The position numbers and the translations under genes were made by a program. From Candidatus Uhrbacteria bacterium (GTDB lineage: Bacteria > Patescibacteriota > Patescibacteriia > UBA9934): DNA of 64,000 bases. The stretch spans positions 4,629-68,628 of the forward strand of contig CALRHD010000002.1 in NCBI GenBank assembly GCA_943359325.1, in the 5' to 3' direction. Numbering within the stretch: position 1 is the first letter of the stretch; each line of letters begins with the position of its first letter. Under the pieces are notes generated by a model that saw only the letters and a program-made list of their open reading frames with translations, searched no databases and had not been told where the DNA came from. Of the stretch, positions 36,618 through 48,841 are shown piece by piece.

Positions 36618-37304
36618 TTACAAACTTCCTACGTCGAGCATGACTGCTGGCCCCATGGTGGACGTGAGCGTTGCCGACTTGATGAAGATGCCTTTGCTTG
36701 ATGCAGGTTTTGCTTTCTTGACTGCGTCGAGTGCGGTTTGCACATTGAGTACGAGCTTCTCGGCACTAAACGATGCTTTGCCGAGGATCATGTGGAGATT
36801 ACTCGTGTTGTCGTTTTTGAATGCGACCTTTCCACCCTTTTGCTCCTCGATAATTTTTGCGATGTTCGGACCGACGGTGTCAGTTTTTGGGTTCGGCATG
36901 AGTCCGCGTGGGCCGAGAATTTTTGCGGCCTTCGCGAGTTTCGGCATCATGAGCGGGATTGCCACGGCAACGTCGAAGTCGATTTTTCCTGTTTTCGCGA
37001 TTGTGTCGATGACTTCTTCGGTACCAATAATGTCGGCACCTGCGGCCTTTGCGGCAGCTTCGTTGTTTGCGTCAACGAACGCGATGACGCGTTTTATTTT
37101 ACCCGTACCGTGTGGCAGAGTGACGGTGGCACGAATTTGCTGGTCACCTTGCTTTGGGTCGATGCCGAGCGCAAGGTGCATCTCCACGGTTTCGTCGAAC
37201 TTTGCGGTCGCGGCGCCTTTGACGAGCTCAACTGCGGCTGCGATAGAGTACGTCGTCTTATTGTCGATTGCTTTTTTTGCCGCGGTGAATCGTTTGCTTG
37301 TCAT
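36618..37304 (-). CDS. rplA: 50S ribosomal protein L1
   Basis: The motif PHGTGK is present. It lies at the conserved position after rplK. Confidence 0.92.
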   Translation of the reverse strand: MTSKRFTAAKKAIDNKTTYSIAAAVELVKGAATAKFDETVEMHLALGIDPKQGDQQIRATVTLPHGTGKIKRVIAFVDANNEAAAKAAGADIIGTEEVIDTIAKTGKIDFDVAVAIPLMMPKLAKAAKILGPRGLMPNPKTDTVGPNIAKIIEEQKGGKVAFKNDNTSNLHMILGKASFSAEKLVLNVQTALDAVKKAKPASSKGIFIKSATLTSTMGPAVMLDVGSL

Positions 37305-37354
37305 AATATTTTTGTGGTGATGGCGACCCGTTTGAGTCTCCCACGCATTAAAAT

Positions 37355-37783
37355 TTATTTTTCATCTTTCTCATTTTTCCAGTCGCGATACACGACGCGG
37401 AAGTGAATGACGAAGAGGGGGAGTGACACGAGGATGAGTGCGAGGTTGCGCACGGCTTGGTTTGCTTTTTGTGTTTTGTAGTTTAGGAGGTTCGTTGCAT
37501 TGCTTGCCTCGCAGCGTGCTTTTGTTTCTTCTGGCGTCAACGTAACATTCTCTGCTATCGACGGGTCGGCCTTTGTCGGACGCGACAATGTACCGAACTG
37601 GTAGCCTGCGTCAGGACTGTCGCAGTTGACTATTCCATATTCTGGAACGTCTGCTGCAGTGAAGATGTACGTCTTGAGGCCGATCGACAAAAAGTCGATA
37701 GCGCCGTACATGAGCGTGAAGAGCGTGACTGCGGCAACAACTCCGAAGTACAGGCGAAGAATGAGCGAGCTACCTTTTGTCAT
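37355..37783 (-). CDS. Hypothetical two-transmembrane protein inserted between rplK and rplA
   Basis: It has N-terminal and C-terminal transmembrane helices around a periplasmic loop. Confidence 0.4.
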   Translation of the reverse strand: MTKGSSLILRLYFGVVAAVTLFTLMYGAIDFLSIGLKTYIFTAADVPEYGIVNCDSPDAGYQFGTLSRPTKADPSIAENVTLTPEETKARCEASNATNLLNYKTQKANQAVRNLALILVSLPLFVIHFRVVYRDWKNEKDEK

Positions 37784-37810
37784 ACGAAGAGATTAATGAT
37801 GATGTGAGGA

Positions 37811-38239
37811 TTATACCTCAACATCCACTCCCATCTGTCGGCATGTTCCCGCAATAATACGCATTGCTGCGTCGATATCCTTCGTGTTCAAGTCGGGCAG
37901 TTTGCGTTCTGCGATGTCCTTTAGCTGTGCTTTTGTCAGCTTGCCCTTTTTTTCCGTGTTCGGTTTCCCGCTGCCACGTTCAATGCCGAGCGCCTTTTTG
38001 ATCATGTCGGATGCAGGAGACGTTTTGAGCACGAATTCGAAGCTGCGGTCTTCGTAGATGGTGACAATCGCAGGGACGACTTCGCCGCGGCGGTCTTGCG
38101 TTGCGGCGTTAAATTGCTGACAGAACTGCGCGATGTTTGCACCGTGTTGGCCGAACGTTGGACCGAGCGGTGGTTGCGGGGTTGCAGCACCACCGGGAGC
38201 CTGCACCTTAATAATCGCCTTAATGGGTTTCTTTGCCAT
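37811..38239 (-). CDS. rplK: 50S ribosomal protein L11
   Basis: The N-terminus is MAKKPIKAIIKVQAPGGAATP and the PPLGPTFGQHG motif is present. Confidence 0.92.
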   Translation of the reverse strand: MAKKPIKAIIKVQAPGGAATPQPPLGPTFGQHGANIAQFCQQFNAATQDRRGEVVPAIVTIYEDRSFEFVLKTSPASDMIKKALGIERGSGKPNTEKKGKLTKAQLKDIAERKLPDLNTKDIDAAMRIIAGTCRQMGVDVEV

Positions 38240-38308
38240 ACGACTTCTTTTTATAGTGGACTCCTCGAAAACTACGAAGTAACCACGTCGTGAATGAAGT
38301 GAGCGCTA

Positions 38309-38854
38309 CTATATCTTCTTTACCTGCAAAAAGTCCAGTTCCAAGGGTGTTTCGCGGCCAAAGAGGGAAACGAGCACACGAATCTTCCCGCGGCCTTCGT
38401 CGACCTTATCGACCTTGCCTTGCTGGCCTTTGAACGGCCCGTCGATGATCGAAATGGGGTCGCCTTTGCTCACATCGATGGTGAATTCTGGTTCGTCGAC
38501 GTGTCCGCGCTTAATTGTTTCGTCCATCTGCTCTTGTGGAATTGGCGTTGGTGTTGTGCCTGTGCCAATGAAGCCGGTGACGTTTGGCGTGTTGCGCACG
38601 ACATACCAAGAGTCGTCAGTCACGATCATTTCAATAAACACGTAGCCCGGAAAGAGTTTTTCTTCCATGACGCGGCGTTTGCCGTTTTTGATTTTGATCT
38701 TTTTTTCCTTCGGCACGAGGATGCTGAAAATTTTGTCACCCATGTCCATGGTCTCAATGCGTTGTTTGAGACTGTCGAGCACACTTTCTTCGTAGCCCGA
38801 GTAGGTATGAATTGCATACCAGCGGCGGCCGTAATTTGCGGTTTGTTTTGCCAT
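38309..38854 (-). CDS. nusG: Transcription antitermination factor NusG
   Basis: The NGN domain contains WYAIHTYSGYE, and the KOW domain contains GPFKGQQGKV. Confidence 0.92.
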   Translation of the reverse strand: MAKQTANYGRRWYAIHTYSGYEESVLDSLKQRIETMDMGDKIFSILVPKEKKIKIKNGKRRVMEEKLFPGYVFIEMIVTDDSWYVVRNTPNVTGFIGTGTTPTPIPQEQMDETIKRGHVDEPEFTIDVSKGDPISIIDGPFKGQQGKVDKVDEGRGKIRVLVSLFGRETPLELDFLQVKKI

Positions 38855-38858
38855 ATGT

Positions 38859-39065
38859 TTAGGACGTGAGGTTTACGAGTGCGGCAAGTCCGCGCGTCAT
38901 GAGCCAGTCAAAGAGTCCGAAGTATGCGCCGAGCACGACACTCATTACCATGATAGCGACGCTATAGCGCACAGTATCTTGGCGCGATGGCCATGTGACT
39001 TTTTTTAATTCTTCGTATGCCTCACGGAAGTACCGTACGGCAGCGTTATTGGTGAGTGCGGACAT
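38859..39065 (-). CDS. secE: Preprotein translocase subunit SecE
   Basis: It is 68 aa with the motif KVTWPSRQD and one C-terminal transmembrane helix. It lies at the conserved position upstream of nusG. Confidence 0.8.
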   Translation of the reverse strand: MSALTNNAAVRYFREAYEELKKVTWPSRQDTVRYSVAIMVMSVVLGAYFGLFDWLMTRGLAALVNLTS

Positions 39066-39331
39066 ACTATATTTCAGGACTTTCCCAGTTGTGACGAGTT
39101 TCGATGAACGACGAGTAAAGCTTTCGAGGCGTACAACATGCGTACGTCGAGGAAGTTTACGATGGCGTGAGTCGAAAATCGGCCAACAGGGGAAGTCCTG
39201 TATTTAAAAAGCCCCTCGCGGGGAACAGAGAAAACTATAAACGATTCATGTTTTTTATGCAAGGGGTTGCGAAAAATGCGGGGGATAACCAGCTGGAAGG
39301 TGATGAATCGATAGGGTAGTATGTTTTTACT

Positions 39332-41083
39332 ATGTCCGAAGCAAATTTTTTAAAGAATTTCTCTAAGAAAGAGCATGCGGAGGAACGAAAGAAAAAAGCA
39401 GAAGAAATTATTGAGGCTCGGAATAGCGCACAGGAAGCAAAGGGAGAGAAGCCAGAGGTGGAGAGGGCGCACGTTGAAGGGAGCGCTGAGCTGACTGAAG
39501 CTATCGCCCGCTTGGAAAAATTAGCCACAGATATTGATGCAGGGAGAGAAAAAATAGAAAAGATGTCCAGCGAACGGTTCGGGGAAATTCGAAATTTCTT
39601 TGCATTAATGAAGGTGCGACAAGAACTCGCGAACATTGAAGGGATGCAGGCGGTGGAGACACCGACCGTTACACACCTGCGTCAACTTGTCGACGCGCAC
39701 CGCATGCAGATTGACGATTTATCAAAACGCATCGAAGATCCCGCGCATATTCTTGCAACATTTTACGAAGAAGAAAAAAAGGCGTGGCAGGAAGCGCTGA
39801 TCAGTGAACAGGATATTAAAGAACATTTTACCGCAGAGCATCTCGCAGGACTTTCCACGGAGGAATATATCCTCCTCATGAAACGGTTTCCGAACGAGAT
39901 GGTCACGCATGTGAGTCGTCGCGGCATTCGCGACCACACAGGTTTTATGTATCACTCTGCCGGCGTGGATGAATTTCACGATTCATTCGACCGTGTGCTT
40001 GAGAGTGGAAAACTTCAGTCTGCACTTGCGACAAAACTTGAGGCAGGGAAAGCGGAAGAAATGATTCGTCAGTACGTGCAGCTTGATAATGCGGATAATC
40101 GACAAGACGCCATTGCGATGCTTGACGCAGAAATGGAGAAGCAGGGTTTTGCGAGTGTTGCCGATGTCGCCGCGTTTCATGTTGCAACGGAAGATGTTGC
40201 GGACGTGTACTATGGCGCAGAGAGTCAAAATGAAGTTTTTGTTGCGCACCCCTCTGCATTGATTGCAGCAGAATATATGTTTAGTGGCTCGTTGACTGAT
40301 GCGGGCGGGGACGCGTCGCATAACGACACATGGATTTGGATGAAGGAAGAAGAGGGCATTCCTCTTGATGCGGGTTTTGTGTTTCTCCCAAAAGATACGA
40401 TGGTTGATCCGGAAACGGGTTCTCGTTATGCAACCGACGCAGAGAAGAAGCCCATTGTTGCACAGGAACGCATTGACGAATTGTTTGCGCTTGTGGGGCG
40501 AGAAGACTTTGCGAAATTTATTCTTGCGGCAGCGGAAGAGCGTCGTAATAATCCTGCGTACAAAGCATATGAGGTGCGACAAAAAATTACCGAGCAATTT
40601 GGTGTGACGAATGAGCGTCTTGCGAAAAAAATAGAAGAGTATGTAGGTGCGGAATTGGTAGAGGCGCTGTCTGGAGAGTATGCGATGAAAAAATCGCTCG
40701 AAGAGCGTACGCGAGTGACAGGTGCGATGATAGAGCGATATTTACGTGAAGAGCATCTCTATTTTAAAGAGGCAAAAAGCGCTGTTCCTGCAGAAGAGTT
40801 TTGGAATGCATATTTTGTTGCTCATCCCGAACGGAAACCAAAACACATCGTGATGTACGAAGGGGGAAGTCCTGCGGCAGCGCTTATAAAGTGGAAACAG
40901 GATAACGGTTTAACAAAGCGTGGAAAAGATCTCGGTATCGATCTTAATCGCACAAAAGAATTGCAGCAGCGTCCGGGACAGTCGACACGAGAAGTGGAAA
41001 GCGGCGAACGTTTCCGTGCTATTATCATGGCGGAGATTGACAAACGTTTTCCAGAGGAGGAAGAAATACCGCCAGATGTGTAA
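39332..41083 (+). CDS. Hypothetical large cytoplasmic protein (583 aa)
   Basis: The N-terminus is a charged coiled coil. I do not recognise any motif. It lies directly upstream of an ABC-2 exporter on the same strand. Confidence 0.5.
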   Translation: MSEANFLKNFSKKEHAEERKKKAEEIIEARNSAQEAKGEKPEVERAHVEGSAELTEAIARLEKLATDIDAGREKIEKMSSERFGEIRNFFALMKVRQELANIEGMQAVETPTVTHLRQLVDAHRMQIDDLSKRIEDPAHILATFYEEEKKAWQEALISEQDIKEHFTAEHLAGLSTEEYILLMKRFPNEMVTHVSRRGIRDHTGFMYHSAGVDEFHDSFDRVLESGKLQSALATKLEAGKAEEMIRQYVQLDNADNRQDAIAMLDAEMEKQGFASVADVAAFHVATEDVADVYYGAESQNEVFVAHPSALIAAEYMFSGSLTDAGGDASHNDTWIWMKEEEGIPLDAGFVFLPKDTMVDPETGSRYATDAEKKPIVAQERIDELFALVGREDFAKFILAAAEERRNNPAYKAYEVRQKITEQFGVTNERLAKKIEEYVGAELVEALSGEYAMKKSLEERTRVTGAMIERYLREEHLYFKEAKSAVPAEEFWNAYFVAHPERKPKHIVMYEGGSPAAALIKWKQDNGLTKRGKDLGIDLNRTKELQQRPGQSTREVESGERFRAIIMAEIDKRFPEEEEIPPDV

Positions 41084-41091
41084 CGCGTACT

Positions 41092-42069
41092 ATGTCTCAT
41101 ATCGCTATCAAGAATTTACGTAAAGTTTTTACGACTACACTACGTAATCCCGAGAAGGGATTTTGGGGCAATTTTTTTCGTCCTGAAAAGAAGGCGATAA
41201 TTGCGGTTGACGATATTTCTTTTTCGATTGAAAAGGGCGAGCGCGTCGCATTTATTGGCCCGAACGGTGCAGGAAAGTCGACGACAATTAAAATGCTTGC
41301 GGGTATTTTGCAGCCAACGAGCGGGAGCATGATGGTGTGCGGACTGAACCCGACGACAGAACGTCGCACGCTTGCAGCAAAAGTCGGCACATTGTTTGGC
41401 CAGCGTTCGCAGCTGTTGCCGAATTTGCCGTTACTCGATGGGTTTGAACTTTTTGGTGCGCTGTATGGGCTCACGGCGTCGACTGTATTGCGTCGCCGTA
41501 AAGAGCTTATGGGGCGGTTCAGTCTTGAAGACTTTGCGACGCAACCTGTGCGCAAACTTTCGCTTGGTCAACGCATGCGTGCCGAAGTCGCCGTGTCGCT
41601 TTTGCATAAACCAGAAGTATTGTTTCTCGACGAACCAACGATTGGTCTCGATGTTGTTGCGAAGCGGGCACTTCGCGAAACGTTGCTCGAATATAATCGC
41701 GACGAAGGCGTGACAATTTTGCTCACGTCGCACGACCCATCGGACGTCGAAGCCTTGTGTCCGCGAACGATTGTTATTAACCACGGCCGCCTCGTGATTG
41801 ACGCACGAACGGACGAATTACGCAGTCGTTATTTTACAACGAAGCATGTGGCGTTCGACTTGCCCGTAGGTGAGGCGCCGCATGTCGTCGAAGGGCTGCA
41901 AATTGTAGAGCGCGATGGCACACGTGTCGAAGCGACTATTGATATCGAAAAATATGAATTGCGTGATGTACTCACTGCGCTGCTCGCCTGTCACAAAGTC
42001 AACGACCTCGACGTTGCCGACCCATCGATGAACGAGGTTATCGAAGCGATTTATGCCCACACGACATAG
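41092..42069 (+). CDS. ABC transporter ATP-binding protein of the ABC-2/DrrA-like type
   Basis: It has the Walker A motif GPNGAGKST, the signature LSLGQRMR and the Walker B motif LFLDEPT. Confidence 0.85.
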   Translation: MSHIAIKNLRKVFTTTLRNPEKGFWGNFFRPEKKAIIAVDDISFSIEKGERVAFIGPNGAGKSTTIKMLAGILQPTSGSMMVCGLNPTTERRTLAAKVGTLFGQRSQLLPNLPLLDGFELFGALYGLTASTVLRRRKELMGRFSLEDFATQPVRKLSLGQRMRAEVAVSLLHKPEVLFLDEPTIGLDVVAKRALRETLLEYNRDEGVTILLTSHDPSDVEALCPRTIVINHGRLVIDARTDELRSRYFTTKHVAFDLPVGEAPHVVEGLQIVERDGTRVEATIDIEKYELRDVLTALLACHKVNDLDVADPSMNEVIEAIYAHTT

Positions 42070-42850
42070 GGCACGCCGCTACGGAAAAATTATTGTGCTG
42101 ACGCTGCGCGAACAATACAGCCGCGCCATGTTTATGGTGCCGTGGCTATTGGCAACGTTGGTAGTGACGGGGGTGACGATGACGTTATATGCGACGGCGT
42201 ATAAGGCGACATCAATACACACGGTGTCGCTCGCTGCAGCGCTGTGGTCGCTCGGCATTGCTGCGTTGTTGCGGTTGTCATGGCGGCATCTTTCGAATGG
42301 TATCGGAGAAGACGTTGTGCAGGGAACTATTGCGCTCAAAGTTCGTTATCCGTTGCCGTATCTCGGCGTCGTTGTCGCCGACCACATCGGGCGAAGCACC
42401 CCGTGCTTTATGGCGTTGCCGTTCTTTGTGCTGTTTGCCGTTGTCATGGGTGGCGTGCCACACGTCGAAGCACCAGTGTTGTCGACGTTCCTCGGCTTGC
42501 TCCTCTTTTGTGGCGGCGCCGTGCTTTCAGGCATGGTGTACATTATGCTTGGCCTCAATGCATTTTGGATCGAGAACGCAGAACCCGTGTTGTGGATTTT
42601 CGAAAAAACAACACTTGTGCTCGGCGGGTCGGTCATTCCACTCGCGCTTCTTCCATCAACTGCTCGTAATATTATTGAATTTACTCCGTTTGCTGCAACA
42701 GGTTTTGCGGCGCGTGCGGTTAACGCCGACTTTCTCGCCGTTGCGCCAAAACTTATTATGGTGCAGGCGGTGTGGCTCATACTTTTCGGCGGACTCCTGT
42801 TCGTTATATGGCGCAAAGCAGTGAGACGACTTGATGTGAATGGGGGATGA
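42053..42850 (+). CDS. ABC-2 family transporter permease
   Basis: It has six predicted transmembrane helices. Its start overlaps the ATPase gene and may instead be at Met27. Confidence 0.6.
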   Translation: MPTRHRARRYGKIIVLTLREQYSRAMFMVPWLLATLVVTGVTMTLYATAYKATSIHTVSLAAALWSLGIAALLRLSWRHLSNGIGEDVVQGTIALKVRYPLPYLGVVVADHIGRSTPCFMALPFFVLFAVVMGGVPHVEAPVLSTFLGLLLFCGGAVLSGMVYIMLGLNAFWIENAEPVLWIFEKTTLVLGGSVIPLALLPSTARNIIEFTPFAATGFAARAVNADFLAVAPKLIMVQAVWLILFGGLLFVIWRKAVRRLDVNGG

Positions 42851-42852
42851 CT

Positions 42853-42886
42853 ATGGATAACTCTGTCCACGACTCAGTCGTGGACA
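42853..42886 (+). repeat. REP-like element copy 6. It is a perfect-palindrome variant, GTCCACGAC-TCA-GTCGTGGAC, with the flank ATGGATAACTCTG.
   Basis: Read directly. It lies between the two permease genes. Confidence 0.85.
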
Positions 42887-42896
42887 GATAGTATTT

Positions 42897-45772
<2,876 letters not shown>

Positions 45773-45776
45773 TCAT

Positions 45777-46670
45777 ATGGAAGGACAGGAGTTTCACGAG
45801 ATCGAAAAAGATTTTAAGCGTGAGTTGGCCATTACCGCCGCGCGTCCAAGGTTGGCGCGGTTTGGATTGCTCGTGTGGTTGCTCGTCGACGTTGGCCTCA
45901 TGATCTTTTTCTTTGCGACGGTTGTTTTGTATCTCGTCAACGGCACATTTGGTGAACAGCGCGTCATCGCGACGCTCGGCAATAATGTTGCAGCGCTGCA
46001 CGACGCTGCGGCGGCACGAGCGGCAGAGCCACTTTTAGTTGGCGATGCAAAAGTGTTGACGCGGGACGTCGGTTCGTACGATTTTTACGCTACGCTCGAG
46101 AACCCGAACAGCGAATGGTACGCAACATTTTCCTACACGTTTGACGGCGTAACACCGATGACGGCAAGCATTATGCCAAGTGAACAACGTTATGTGTTTG
46201 CATTAAACGTGCAGGCCGACGCACGTCCATCGGCGACGATTGATGTGCGCGACGTTGTCTGGCACCGCGTCGATCGTCACGCCATTCCGAATACTGCGGA
46301 GTTTCTTGTCGCGCACAATAATTTTGTTGTAGAAAATGCGACGTATGCCGACACGATCACCATCGACTCTCAACATGTCGGAGACGCCTCATTCACTATT
46401 GACAATGCAACGTCGTATAGTTTTTACAACCCTACATTTTTCGTTGTGCTCGAACGTGCAGGCGGTATAGTCGGCATAAACCAACTAACGATCCCACAAT
46501 TTTTAGCGGGCGAAAGGCGTGACGTCAGTGTGCATTGGTTTGGACAAATTCCGACGACGGGTTCCGTTGTTATCATCCCCGTGATCGATTATTTCGACAC
46601 AAACAGCTATATGGATCCTCAGGGTGAGATGGGGGCGGACGTGCGAGACACATCCGAAAAAAGGCGGTAA
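45777..46670 (+). CDS. Hypothetical membrane-anchored protein
   Basis: One N-terminal transmembrane helix is followed by an extracytoplasmic beta-rich domain. Confidence 0.45.
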   Translation: MEGQEFHEIEKDFKRELAITAARPRLARFGLLVWLLVDVGLMIFFFATVVLYLVNGTFGEQRVIATLGNNVAALHDAAAARAAEPLLVGDAKVLTRDVGSYDFYATLENPNSEWYATFSYTFDGVTPMTASIMPSEQRYVFALNVQADARPSATIDVRDVVWHRVDRHAIPNTAEFLVAHNNFVVENATYADTITIDSQHVGDASFTIDNATSYSFYNPTFFVVLERAGGIVGINQLTIPQFLAGERRDVSVHWFGQIPTTGSVVIIPVIDYFDTNSYMDPQGEMGADVRDTSEKRR

Positions 46671-46681
46671 GCTGATGTTGT

Positions 46682-47782
46682 ATGCAGTCGCTTTTGCGGT
46701 TTCTCCAGCGTTTTGATTGGAAGTTGCTTGTTGCCGCGTTTGTCTTGTTTGTTTTTGGTATTGCGGCGATGTACTCCGTGGAGTTATCGCACGGGACGGG
46801 CACATTTGTGCTTTTGCGCAAGCAGTGCATTGCGCTTTTGCTCGGCATCGTACTCGCGACGGCTATCGCGCGAACGAACTATCAAATTTTTCGTAACTAC
46901 GGGAAGGGGCTGTACATGCTCGGTATTGTGCTGCTGATTGCCGTTCTCGTATTTGGTGCAGAGTACAATGGTGCACGCGGGTGGTTCGTACTTGGCGGCT
47001 TTGCGTTTCAACCGATTGAGTTCATGAAGCTCGGGCTTGTGTGTCAGTTGGCGCGATATTTTGGCGAGCATGCTGCGCGACGTTTTGGTTGGCGCGACTT
47101 TGCAAAGAGTGGCGTCATGACTGCGGTGCCGATTGGTCTCGCTATGTTGCAGCCAGACTTGGGCGGTGCAACATTGCTCGCAGGCATTTGGCTTGTCATG
47201 GTATTTTCTGCAGGAGCACGGTGGCAGCATTTTGGTGCGCTCGTGTTGGCGGGTGTCGCGGTTGCGCTTTTGGGATGGTTTTTGGTGTTCCACGATTACC
47301 AGCGCGAACGCCTCGTCACTTTTCTTCACCCGTCGTCCGATCCGCTCGACACGGGCTATAACGTGACGCAAGCAACTATTGCCATTGGTGCGGGCGGCGT
47401 GTTTGGGCGAGGACTTGGTGCGGGGTCGCAAAGTCAACTACGATTTTTGCCGCAGGCGCAGGCCGACTTTGTGTTCGCAGTTATTGCCGAGGAACTAGGA
47501 TTTATCGGTGTTGTTGCAATTTTACTTTTTTTAACGATGCTCCTTGCGAGACTTCTCGGCATTGCGCGCATTTCTCACGACAGTTTCGCGGCGTTTCTTG
47601 TGCTCGGCGTTTTTGCGTCGTATGCAACGCAAGCTGCAGTCCACGTTGGCACAAACCTTGCTGTTCTTCCTGCAACCGGTGTTGCACTTCCGTTCGTGAG
47701 CTACGGCGGCACGTCGCTCGTGCTTTCTTGCGTCTTTCTCGGTATCGCAGAGAGCATTGCGGTGCGAAATGTACGGGAGTAA
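46682..47782 (+). CDS. SEDS-family peptidoglycan glycosyltransferase FtsW/RodA
   Basis: It has about 10 transmembrane helices. The motifs GGFAFQPIEFMKLG and PFVSYGGTS are present. Confidence 0.85.
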   Translation: MQSLLRFLQRFDWKLLVAAFVLFVFGIAAMYSVELSHGTGTFVLLRKQCIALLLGIVLATAIARTNYQIFRNYGKGLYMLGIVLLIAVLVFGAEYNGARGWFVLGGFAFQPIEFMKLGLVCQLARYFGEHAARRFGWRDFAKSGVMTAVPIGLAMLQPDLGGATLLAGIWLVMVFSAGARWQHFGALVLAGVAVALLGWFLVFHDYQRERLVTFLHPSSDPLDTGYNVTQATIAIGAGGVFGRGLGAGSQSQLRFLPQAQADFVFAVIAEELGFIGVVAILLFLTMLLARLLGIARISHDSFAAFLVLGVFASYATQAAVHVGTNLAVLPATGVALPFVSYGGTSLVLSCVFLGIAESIAVRNVRE

Positions 47783-47805
47783 CGGTCGTGCTACACTCTA
47801 TCTAT

Positions 47806-48102
47806 ATGGATCTCTTCATGGACGGATTGCCGATGCCGAATTGCCTGTTTTGTGGTGCGTTGTATGGCATGGCGGCGAGAGAGCGTATTGGTGGGGAAAA
47901 AATGGAGGGTGAGGAGTTGCTGCATGTGACGTGCGGCGAATGCGATCGGTTTCTTGTTTTGTCGACCGTTCATACACCGACAAAAATGCTGAGTGTGGGG
48001 ATGATCACCGATTGTAATGCTGCGGATTATGCAAAGTTCCATGCAAGAAAAAAAGTCTGTATTGACGACGTTATTCGTGTGCACGAGCGACTCCGCATAT
48101 AG
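47806..48102 (+). CDS. Small zinc-ribbon protein with two CxxC pairs
   Basis: The pairs are CLFCG and CGEC. The track ORF starts at 47728, inside ftsW, so an internal Met is used. Confidence 0.35.
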   Translation: MDLFMDGLPMPNCLFCGALYGMAARERIGGEKMEGEELLHVTCGECDRFLVLSTVHTPTKMLSVGMITDCNAADYAKFHARKKVCIDDVIRVHERLRI

Positions 48103-48147
48103 TGTGTGTTGACAGGCTTCTGCTTTTCCTGTGAAATACTGTCCGAT

Positions 48148-48837
48148 ATGATACATACAACACTTCACGCCGAGGCTCGCACAGTCATGGGTCGCAAGAC
48201 CGACCAATTGCGTGCTGACGGCCTTTTCCCTGCGGTTATCTATGGTTTCGGTATTGAACCGACGAATGTGACCATCGACCGCAACGCATTTATTAAAACG
48301 TACGCTGCGTCAGGCGAGAGCACGGTTGTCGACCTTGATGTCGGCGGCACGGTTCATCCTGTTATTATCGTTGACGTGCAACGCAATCCGTTGAACGACT
48401 TTGTGACACATGCCGACTTCCATCGTGTCGACCTTTCAAAGAAGATCGAAGCGAAAATTCCGTTGAAGCTTATCGGTATTTCTTCGGCAGTGAAGGACAT
48501 GGGTGGAACGCTTGTGCAGTCGCTCGAAGACATTGAAGTGCTTTGTCTTCCGAATGCGCTTGTGCACGATATTACCGTCGACATTGCCGCACTCAAAACA
48601 TTTGATGATGTTATTCGCGTGGCCGATATTACCATCCCCGATGGCATCGAAGTTATTACGCCTGCAACAAACGCTGTTGCATCGGTACAGCCGCCACGCT
48701 CCGAGGCTGAAATTGCTGCGCTCGATGCTGCGGTTGACACTGACGTGAGCAAGGTCGAAGTGACAACCGAGAAGAAAGACGAACCTGCGGCAGAGGGTGA
48801 TGCGAAGGACGTAAAGAAAGATGCGAAAAAAGAGTAA
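48148..48837 (+). CDS. rplY: 50S ribosomal protein L25/general stress protein Ctc
   Basis: The N-terminus is RTVMGRKTDQLRADGLFPAVIYG. A C-terminal Ctc-type extension ends in an acidic/Lys tail. Confidence 0.85.
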   Translation: MIHTTLHAEARTVMGRKTDQLRADGLFPAVIYGFGIEPTNVTIDRNAFIKTYAASGESTVVDLDVGGTVHPVIIVDVQRNPLNDFVTHADFHRVDLSKKIEAKIPLKLIGISSAVKDMGGTLVQSLEDIEVLCLPNALVHDITVDIAALKTFDDVIRVADITIPDGIEVITPATNAVASVQPPRSEAEIAALDAAVDTDVSKVEVTTEKKDEPAAEGDAKDVKKDAKKE

Positions 48838-48841
48838 GTAC

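Noticed and set aside
39066-39331. tRNA, SRP RNA or tmRNA in the secE upstream spacer
   Set aside because: I found no cloverleaf with a GTTCGAATC T-loop and no GGAAGCAGC SRP domain-IV motif. What is left is only a generic structured region, reported as a low-confidence finding.
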